This document shows, in pieces, positions 52,722-62,567 of a stretch of 62,567 nt of DNA. The notes beneath the pieces are model-generated. The model had not been told where the DNA came from, ran no database searches, and saw only the letters and a list, made by a program, of their open reading frames with translations. Both the position numbers and the translations under genes were made by a program. Origin of the DNA: Gnetum montanum (taxonomy: Eukaryota > Plantae > Gnetophyta). Location: the NCBI GenBank assembly GCA_015680685.1, contig MNCI01000752.1:1-62567 (forward strand). The letters run 5' to 3'. Position 1 is the stretch's first letter; each line of letters starts with the position of its first letter.

Positions 52722-54707
52722 TGAAACACCACAAAAATTTCAGCAACACTTCTAGACAACTTTAGAGCCTCTGAAGCGGCTTCAAACAACCCACCATGGT
52801 GCAAGCAAGGTCCCCCTAGGGCCAATAGATCACAACAGCAAGTCTCGATGTTAAGAATCATCAATTTCAAGGTCAAAAAGTGTAATTTTGGCTAAGTACA
52901 CTATGCTTACACTGTGCTTACGCTGCATAGTGTAAGGCTAGCGTAACCAATATTTGTAGCCCTAGAATTGAGTCCAAACAGGCTAATTTTGGGCACCTAG
53001 ACCCTCCTCTAGCATCATCGGAGTCCCTATCAGCTCCCAGCATCCAAAACCATGAAATTTGAGCTCAAAAATCATCTATTTTGGGCCATTTTCAGTTTCA
53101 TACGCTGGGGTTACAGTTTCATACACTACATAGCGTATGAATAGCATAACAAAGAAAAAATGGGATAAAACAAGAATTTTCAGGTAGCATCTTTGACATT
53201 TGAGCATCCCCTAGGGACAAGAAATATTCATACATGTTCACAGGCTTCAAAAACTTTAGTTTTGGGCTTCAAATATGCCATTTTAGACTTCTTACGCTAC
53301 GGTTATAGTTTCATATGCTACACAGCGTATGAACAACATAACAAATCCAAACAGGCCCAAAATGGCAGTCAAACAGAGTCAAAATTTGCATCCAGGCCAC
53401 CTTGGAGAGTAGGTAGTAGTTAGGAATCATCAAATAGGCATCAGCATACAAAATGAGCTCAAAATAGGGCAAAAACACTTGGTTACGTTGGGGTTACAGT
53501 TTCATATGCTGCAAAACGTAATGCCCAACAATATCAACCAAAACAGGGCCAAAACGACATCCAAATCAGTCCAAATTTGGGACACCGAACCCTCATGACC
53601 CATGGCATGTAGATCCACTCTGAAAATGGGTCTCATAGGTTAAAAATGGGTTCAAAATGCACTTTTTTTAGGTCATACACTGTTAGTTGCGCTTGCATGC
53701 TTCTAGCAGCATAAACACTTTCATACGTTGGATGCTGGACATTGGACGCTAGATGCTAATGTCAGAACAGGCTACACAAACATCAGAGCTAGGTCCACAC
53801 ATGCTAGAGGCTTTGGCAGCCCAAAAATAGCACAAAACTGTAGATCCGGAGGCCAGACACCCAGATCCACGCTTGTACATTAACATTTGTTGCATTTTTC
53901 TACATTTTTTTCAATGTTTCAAGTTCTTATGCTGGGCATTACGCATGCTAGTGTAAGAGATCTTGGATGCTGCACTATACATTGTAACAATTTCTATGCA
54001 TTTTGGTCCAAATGATCACATGCGTCACCTAATCCGCATTTCCTGCGCTTGACAACCATGGATCTTCACATAGATTCGCATCCCATGCATCAAAATCATA
54101 TAAATACCCTGATTTTCCACTAGATTGAGGTTGGAAAATCTGATCATAGAGCATCCTGTACACTTTGTACATTGAACATTCTAGGCAACATTTCATATGT
54201 TGGGCATTAGACTTGGTTACACTGAGCAAGGGCAATCTTGGTCACGCTGCAGAACCTGCAACCAGAAACCTGTATTCCCCAGCATCCATTCACATCCATT
54301 GGGGCTAATGTCTAACTGACGGTAATCGGAAACTATGTTTGACTGGTGCATATTGTAATCATTTGTAGTATACATTATTCACATTTTTTCTAGCCAGTTT
54401 TCAGTTTTCACACTATTTGCATCATTTACTTTGTTTTCATCATTTACCGTTTACATTCGTTACGCTTGTTACACTTGTTTGCATTCTATTTTCACCGTTT
54501 GCATTTGTTTACACATAACCTAGCACCATCTTAATTGTGTACGCTTGGGGAAGTCCTTGTTTGATCTATGTGTAGACCATCCAAGGCACTCTACCTTCGT
54601 TGTTTTTTTAGCAGGCCCTTGGGTGAAGGCAGGGTCTTACTATTTCATTCATAGATCTCTTGACGTCCGTTCATTCCAGCCTCTCATCAACGATTTCATA
54701 TGGTACA
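52722..54707 (+). repeat. 3' LTR
   Basis: TGAAACACC...TGGTACA, directly after the PPT. Confidence 0.92.
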
Positions 54708-54797
54708 ATGAGCTTCTTGATAAACCTTGTAGCATTTTGGATAGTTTAGATATTTATTCATGCATTTAATACTTTTAGTTATTTATTTAATGTTTCC
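54708..54797 (+). repeat. Internal fragment of an Athila family 1 LTR
   Basis: ATGAGCTTCTTGATAAACCTTGTAGCATTTTGGATA matches 39017-39052. Confidence 0.85.
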
Positions 54798-54798
54798 N

Positions 54799-56161
54799 CA
54801 ATTAGCTTCTTGAATCTTATGGATTGGAAACATGAATTTTCATGCAACCTTAAGGAACAAAAAATAGTTACCATTGTCCATCTTGAACCAGGTAAATAGA
54901 GCATGGACATCATCTAATATAAGAGATGAATAAAAATAAGGAGAATAGGTATAAGGGATATAACATCTAGAATACAATGTTCAATATGAACATGCATGAT
55001 TATGCAACCTCTAGAAATTTCCATGGCTAAGTTCATTTTGTATGAACTAGCAAAATCATGCACAAATGTGTAGCCCAATTATCGATACACCTAGTATTGA
55101 ATATGTATTCTAAAATAATCACTTATTAATTGACATGCTACACTAATAATAGCATCATGATACAAAAATGGAATGATATCCCCTTTATTGAAACATAACT
55201 AGCTCTGTGAACCTTATGGAATGGGGACATGCATGTTCATGCAATTTCAAGGAATAAACAATAGCTACCAACATCCATCCTAAACTAGGTAAATAGAACA
55301 TGGACATTCACTCAATATAAGAGATGAAGGAAACTAAGGAGAATAGGTTTAAGGGGTATAACATCTAGAACATAATGTCCAATGTGTACATACACAATCA
55401 TGCAACCTCTAGGAATTTTCATGGCTATGTTTGTTTTGTATGAACTAGAGAAATCATGCACAGATGTGCAACCTAGTCACTAGTATACCTAGTATCAAAT
55501 GTATGTCTTAAAACAATCACTTATTAACTAACATGCTATACTAAGGATAGCATCATGACACAAAAAATAAATGGTATCCCCTTTATCTAAACATAACTAG
55601 CTCCATGAATCATATTAATTGGGTACATGCACTTTTGTATAACCTCAAGGAATAAATACTAGTTATCATCATCCATCATGAACCAAGTAAATAGAAAATG
55701 GATATTCAACCAATATAAGAGATGAAGGAAAATAAGAAGGATATGTATAAGGGGTATAACATCTAGAAGATGATGTCTAAAGTGATCATGCATATTCATG
55801 CACCCTCCAGGAATTACCCATGGCTATGTTGGTTCTGTATGACCCAATGAAATCATGCACAGATGTGCAACCCATTCATCAATACACCTAGTATCAAATT
55901 TATGTTATAAAATAATAACTTATTAATTGACATACCACACTCAGGATAGCATCATGATACACAGAAGGAATGATATCCTCTTTATCTAAACATAACTAGC
56001 TCTATGAACTATATTGATCAGGAACATGCACATTGCTATAGCATCAAGGAATAAAAACTAGTCATCATCATCCATCATGAACCATGTAAATAGAGCATGG
56101 ACATTCACCCAATATAAGAAATGAAGGAAAAAAGGAGGATAGTTATAAGGGGTATAACATC
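54799..56161. repeat. Tandem array, ~398-bp unit, ~3.4 diverged copies
   Basis: GTAAATAGARMATGGAYAT recurs at ~54892, 55289, 55687 and 56086. Confidence 0.95.
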
Positions 56162-56598
56162 CAATGAAAATAGGTCATGCAACCCAATGAGTAACTAACC
56201 TCTCCAATGTGTGTTTTTTTCATTTAATGTGAGTTATTGAAGGATACATTCCTATTTGATTACCTACATGAGAGAAAAAAACTAGTTTTTTTTGTTAATT
56301 ATTTTTAATTTAGAGTTTTTGATATTTGCGATGCTTAATCAAGCAACCTTAAATGATTTCCCTAAAGATAACTAATATGACATATTCTACAATATATAGT
56401 CTAAATAAGAGATCAATAGCCCTATTTTACTATGTATAGATACATTTATATGCCCTATTCTACTATGTATAGATACATTTAGATGATAATATAAAATTTA
56501 TCATGAGATTTTTATTTTTAGAAAAGCTCTCACTTTCACCTTTCATATAATACTCAATTGTTTGTTTTTAAAAATTGAATAAAAATAAATTAAAGAAA

Positions 56599-59500
56599 TG
56601 TAACACCTGGCCTTAGTTAGAATGGGGCATTACATTTTGGTACTAGAGCTAGGTTTACTCCAATGTGGTATGAAGGTTGGAGTACTCATCCATCTATGAT
56701 TTCAGGTTATAAATGTGTATAGTAGATGTGGTCATGATGTTGGTTGGGCTTGTATATTAGAAAGGCCTAATGATAAATAGGAGTAGCCTCTTCAAACATC
56801 TACCAGTGGTCCTATAAATAGAAAACTAGATCTTATACAACAACTATGATAGATCCTATAGTAGCATGTCATAGCTAGCAATGCTTCCATTTCCACAGTC
56901 AGGGAAGTGGAAAGTGGTAGTGGTAGTGGAGGCTTAGGAGTTAAACAAGTAGCCTATCAATAGTGAATTGGTAAGTAGTTTTGGAAGTTGGAATCTCCTA
57001 AATTTGATGGCACTAAGGATCCCATTGTACCTAAAGAATGATTGGAAGAATTACAAAAGGCTTTTGATTTGATGAGTTGCTCTTTGACTCAATGGACTCG
57101 CTTGGTAGTCTATTAGTTGGTTGTTTCTACTTAATGTTGGTGGATGATTGAAGAGTAGGCCAAGGGCTAGACTGGCCAAGAGGTGGCATGGGATGATTTT
57201 TTTGACATCTATTAGAGCCCATTATGTGTCTACCTAATATGCATAGGTCAAGGAGAACAAGTTCTACCATTTGTATTAAGATAGTTGGTCTATGGTGGAG
57301 TATGATGTTCATTTCTTTAAGCTTAGTAGTTATGTACCAAAGATGTAGATAGATGCTCAAGCATAGGCAAATGGATTTGTTAGAAGGTTAAGGCCATGTT
57401 TGAATGACCACAGCTTACCCCTCAGATTGATGTCCTATGATGAGGATAGAGTAGTGCCCATGTATTTAGAGAGGATTTAGTGGGAAGATGTAGCTCATAG
57501 AGAGAGGTGATAGGGGTAGGGGTAGAAGAGAGGACTGACATTTGAAGAGAGGCCTAGCTTCTCAAAGAAACCTCATGGCCATGAAGGAGAGCATCCAAAA
57601 CCCACTCATATTCCTATTGTTGGATCTAGTTGTGGAGCTATTGTTTCTTATAGATGTGGGTAGCTTAGCTATATGTAGAGGGATTTCCAAAAATATTTTC
57701 CCTATGGGAAACTAGGACATCAAGCTCATGAATGCTTGAAGTAGGTAGGCAGTAGTGGAGGAGGCAGAGGCTAAGGATAGTGACCTTCAATTTAGGGTGG
57801 ACATGGAGCACCTGTATGCATTAACATACCAGCCATTAGATGTGCAGCCAAACATAGTGATGGAGATGGAAGGTACCATTTTGGAATTTGAGGTGTTGAT
57901 TTTATTTAATTCAGGTGCTAGAAATTCTTTTGTAGATCCCATAGTTTCACATCATGTAGCTCTTATATGTCATTCTCTTTCTCCTGGGTTGATAGTATCT
58001 TTTGCTGGGGGTTAAGAAACTTGAGTTGATCAAGTGTGTATAGGTGTGCCAGTAGAATTGGAACATAGCAATTTTCATGTTATGGATCTTGGGGTATATG
58101 ATGTAATTTTGGGGATGGATTGGTTATTATAGTTAAATGCTAGTTTGGATTGTTGGCAAAAGCTCCTACAACTATAATCAGCTGATGATGCTTTGATTGA
58201 GGTACAAACTCATCCAAGAACTATGTGCTTAAATTTGATCTCCTCTCAGATGTACTATAGAATGTTTCAAAAAGGGAATGAATGCTTTGTGACTATAATA
58301 TATAAAATAGATATGGTGGAGATAGATAGAATTCCTATGGGTCAAGAATTCTTTAATGCATTTTAGTCAAAATTACCAAGTTTTCCATTGAGGAAAGAGA
58401 TTGAGCTCAAAATCAAACTTAAACCTAGTATAGATCCTATTTCAAAGGCTTCACATAGGATTTCACCTGTAGAGCTCGTATAGCTAAAGATTCATCTACA
58501 AGAATTATTGGAAAAAACCCTCATTTGACCTAGTGTATCACTATGGGATGCATTAGTGTTATTTGTTAAAAAGAAGGATGGGGGTTTGCAGCTATGCATA
58601 TATTACTTGCAGCTACACTAGGTGACTATGAAAAATAAATATCCTCTACCATGCATTGACAACTTATTTGATCAACTTTGGGGAGCTCATGTATTCTCAA
58701 AGATTGACTTCAAGTTTGGGCATCACTAGGTGTGGGTTCATGAATAAGATGTTTCAAAGACAATATTTAGAACATGATATGACCATTATGATTTTTTGGT
58801 GCTTTCATTTGGATTGAAAAATGTACTAGTAGTTTTCATGTGCCTCATGAATAGTGTGATGTGGCCATTCCTAGATCAATTTATAATTGTATTCATAGAT
58901 GATATATTGGTATGTTCTTCTAATGAGTAGTTGCATGTAGAGCACTCATAGATAGTCTTATAGACTTTGAGGAGGTACCAAATATATGCTTAGCCATCCA
59001 AGTGTTCATGTTGGTGGTAAGAGATTTAGTTCTTGGGACATGTGGTGTTAGGAGCTGGTATCTCTATGGATCCTACAAAGATTATAGTCATTCATGATTG
59101 GCCTATGCCACAATCAATAGTGGAGGTGTGAAGCTTCTTGGAATTGGTAGGGTATTATTGTAGGTTTTTGGAACATTTTTCTTGCATAGCATCTCCTTTG
59201 ACTTGATTGTTGAGGAAGGAGATTAACTTCACTTGGAGATTAGCTTGTTAGGATGTATTTGAAGAGTTGAAGTATAGATTGATAACTACTCCAATGCTAA
59301 TATCTCCTACACCAAGACATCCATATGAGATTAGTACTAATGCTTTAGGGGATGGATTTGGCTATGTGTTGATGTAAGATGAATAGGTCATGGCTTATGC
59401 ATCCTATCAATTGAGGCCACATGAAACTAGATATCTTGTGCATGATCTAGAGTTGGATGTTGTGATCTTTGCATTAAAGATTTTCTAGAATTATCTATAT

Positions 59501-59920
59501 GGAGAGTAGGTTACGATTTGGACCAACCATAAGAGCCTCCAATATCTTATGATTTAGCCATAGTTAAATCTATGACAATGTAGATGGGTGAAGCTACTTA
59601 CCATCTTTGATTTCACTATTAAATACAAGTTTGGAAAGACTAATAAAGTAGCAAATGCATTAAGTAGGATGGCGAGTAAGCTTAATAGCTTGACAATCCA
59701 ATTAGATTTGTAGGAGCAAATACAAGAGAAATAGTGACATGAACCATGCTATCAAGAATTAAGGTAATAGATCACCTTTAATGAACCACTCTCTATGGAT
59801 AATCATGAAGTGTTATGGAGGGATGGTCAAGTATGTATTCTAGAAATTCTACAAATTTACTTGATGGATGTAGTCCACATCAGTAGATATCAAATGAATC
59901 TAGGTAGTTAAAAGATGTAC
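56599..59920 (+). mobile_element. Tekay/Del-like (chromovirus-branch) Ty3/gypsy relic: LTR end, PBS, gag, Zn knuckles, PR, RT, RNaseH and start of integrase
   Basis: LTR end GGGGCATTACA (56634), then PBS TGGTACTAGAGC (tRNA-iMet type). gag PKFDGTKDPIV; PR LFNSGARNSFV...DVILGMDWL; [18 protein letters not shown]...FIDDILV; RH YLVHDLEL, NKVANALSR. The integrase is cut at 59921. Confidence 0.9.
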
Positions 59921-60839
59921 TAATGAGTGGTGAGATACCCCTACACTCAACCATACAAATATGATCATAACACATGTGATTTGGTCGAACTCCGCAGACT
60001 AAATGCCTACACGCCCCATGGAACACTTAGGGTTAATTATTCGTTGTCTTCCTAAACTTACTTGTAGTTGTCACGGTGTATGGTTAAGCAAGTCTGAGGT
60101 ATATGATTTTTATGGTCTTTTATGTTTTATGTCTTCTACGCTAACAAGGTGAAGGATTGAGAAACTAATTACTAACTCTATCTAATGAACTAAGTCTAAA
60201 TTACCTAACGTCAGCATCCATTCCCACTTACCGTACACACCCTGAACCGATGCAACCATGGTTACCAAATGCTAATTGTTGCTGGGATCCCACACATAAT
60301 GCATGTGCTAAAAGTGGTTATACTAAGGCACTTAACTAGGAGAAAAGGGTTGAGAAAATCTAATCTAGCCTATGCATGATAAGCATCCATTCCTTGATCA
60401 TCTGTACACATCCTTAAATGCTCGTAATCAAGTCATACTCATTCCACGTTATTGCAAGGTAATAAATAACATGTAATAAAATCCTATTCCATGCACTGCA
60501 AGGTTTATCCATGAAGCTCGTCTTTATTATCAGACACAAACTTATCTTCAGGTACAATGTTTGTTCGAATAAAGATCCATTTACTTTAGGACTCCTACTG
60601 CAGGCACATGGAAAATATTCTATCTCTGGAGTGATCAATTTGCTAGATTTTCCCTACTATTTAACCTAGGATGATGAAATAAGGGAGAGCTGCCCATTAT
60701 TTATAGATATGACAATGCACAGCGATATCGCATACGCGATATTGTAGGGCAAGACGTGATATTGCATACATGATATTGCGAGGGATGCAATATCGCAACT
60801 GCCACGATATCGTAGCCCATGCGATATCATGTCCCATCA
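59921..60839 (-). repeat. 3' LTR of copy E
   Basis: TGATG start on the minus strand after CATGGAGGTA. Shares AATAAAGATCCAT and GACTCCTACTG blocks with the copy A LTR. Confidence 0.85.
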
Positions 60840-62567
60840 TACCTCCATGACTAAATGAAAACTTGTCCTTGAGTTCCTTACAATAATATTGGGAAGGTAT
60901 GGGATTATTGACTCAAATGAATCTAATGGGATGACATGTAAACGAATCATCATTACAAGACTCAACAAACTGGTATTCATGACAACAAGGGTGAATACCT
61001 TATTACATTGACATTAGGCCTCATTTGGTAGTTGAGAGAAAAGAGAAGAGAGAAGAGGAGAGAAGAAGAGAGAAGAAGTCTTGCTGTTGCCAATGCCAAG
61101 ATTGCACCTTTCGTTGTCCACCGTAAGCACACCATCTATCTTGCTCCTTGCATCGCTACATCCAACACTGCTCCATTCCAAGTGTTTCCTCTAGATCCAA
61201 TCCATTGTTGCATGACCGCCATTTGCACACACAAAACATTCTTGTATTAGCAAGGGTAAATGAATTTCATTGTAATTGATACCTTGATTCAGTAAATAAT
61301 CAATTGGCTTGGTTGTGGTATGGCTGATTGTGGATCTAGAGATATAATAATGATGAATACCGAAGGTGTAGGGGTTAGGAGAAAATCAAAGAAATTGGTC
61401 CTCGTACCCCCATGACTAATCGCGAACCTCTGGTAGCGATAGAATGGAGAAAGAATAGGAATAAGAAAGATGAATAAAAAGAGACAACTAAGACATTGAT
61501 GAAATGGATGTCAAGATGGAAATAAAAAAATAAAATTAATTGCAAAATGTTAAGGGAAAAAATTTAACTAATGCACCAAATAGAAATATCAATGGGTCCT
61601 CCCCAAAGCAAGCTCATGCCCTTAATGCCCTTACAAACCCACAGTCAAAGAGTCCATAGGCTCTGGGAATGTCCTTTGGAACAAGAGTTAAAGTCTTAAC
61701 CATAAGAATTTACCAAAAAGAAAACAATGCATCTACCAAAATATACACTAATGATACAGCTGGCAATGAGGTGAACAATGGAGAGAAGGGTGGAGAGAAG
61801 AGAATGGAATGGAATCCCAAGAACAAGCTGGTGTACAGCCCCTTGTGTGTGTCATGATTAATGTGACTTGGCAAATCTCATTCCAACTTCAGCCTCAAAC
61901 AAACCACATCCAGTGACTTCGCATCAACACACTTGGTGAAACATCTACTTTAATAACAAGAATGCTTCCTCCAAGAGCCACCACCATTCTGACAAAACAA
62001 AGAAGAGAATGGAAAGCAAGAAGGGACCTTAGTTAGAGGGAATACTTTTGGTTCCATAACCAGTACTTGTAGCCCAAGAGATTATTTTTTCTAAGGGGTG
62101 TGCTTTAAATTCTCACTTTCTTTGTTTTGTTTTCTTTTTTCTTTTTTCTTTTTTTTTCTTTTTGTGTTTTTATTATGCATGAGAACCACACCATGCAAAG
62201 ATTTCTTATTTTTATTGTCTCAGCTCCCGATAATTGGGTAACATTGGAACAACAAGAAAACTCAAGAAGAAAACATCCAAGCACCCAAGAGAATGACCGA
62301 CATAAATGCATCAAGTTCCCTTGAAGTCACACCCTTTTCAAACCTTCATTCCTTCCTTAGTTTGAGAGATACCCAATCACCAATTCATTAAATTTCTTAT
62401 TAGAAAGGGGACTATAAATTCCCAAGCCAAGAGAGACCATAGACTTTGGTGGATGTATGGATGAAGTGGACTCATTGCCTTCCATATCAAAATAACATAC
62501 CTTAGTATCAACATCGTAACTTAAAGGTAAAAAAAACATTAGCAATTAATGAAAAATAGTTCATACC
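59921..62567 (-). mobile_element. Athila family 1-related copy E: 3' LTR and shortened 3' region, running off the window
   Basis: The LTR at 59921-60839 is homologous to 30117-31058. 61590-62200 is homologous to 34850-35530. Confidence 0.85.

Larger units (their letters stand above)
44921..54707 (+). mobile_element. Tat/Ogre-like non-autonomous LTR element (TR-GAG-like: gag + protease only), both LTRs present
   Basis: ~2-kb direct repeats at 44921-46916 and 52722-54707. PBS TGATGCTAGAAGGAGG at ~46923. PPT AAAGAGGGGC at 52709-52718. gag and protease are present; no RT, RNaseH or integrase motifs occur in 50900-52700. Confidence 0.92.

Overview
AT-rich eukaryotic intergenic DNA with strong CpG depletion and many CAG/CGA/CAA>stop changes. 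This pattern fits a heavily methylated, large land-plant genome (inference; the taxon cannot be fixed from the sequence). No intact host gene, RNA gene or CRISPR array is visible. Almost the whole window is nested, decayed LTR retrotransposons. There are four related Athila copies (family 1: 28211-30116 +, 30117-38718 -, 38719-44920 +, 59921-end -) and two copies of a second Athila family (12609-16958, 19944-26651). There are also two Tat/Ogre-like elements that carry gag and protease but no RT/RNaseH/integrase (~6480-12608 -, 44921-54707 +), a Ty1/copia relic (17634-27365) and a Tekay-like Ty3/gypsy relic (~56599-59920). The most unusual signals are: (i) a spliced pseudogene at ~2160-3770 joining a catalytically dead FCP1/NIF (HAD) phosphatase domain to a PMD-like exon, head-to-head with a second spliced pseudogene; (ii) an Athila 3' extra ORF with its own palindrome + TATA + intron, where the same palindrome recurs in the LTR U3; (iii) a hairpin motif repeated every 191-193 bp in the LTRs of the gag-protease element. 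The assembly is a draft with 12 single-N joins and one 783-N gap. All homologies were judged by eye; no searches were run.
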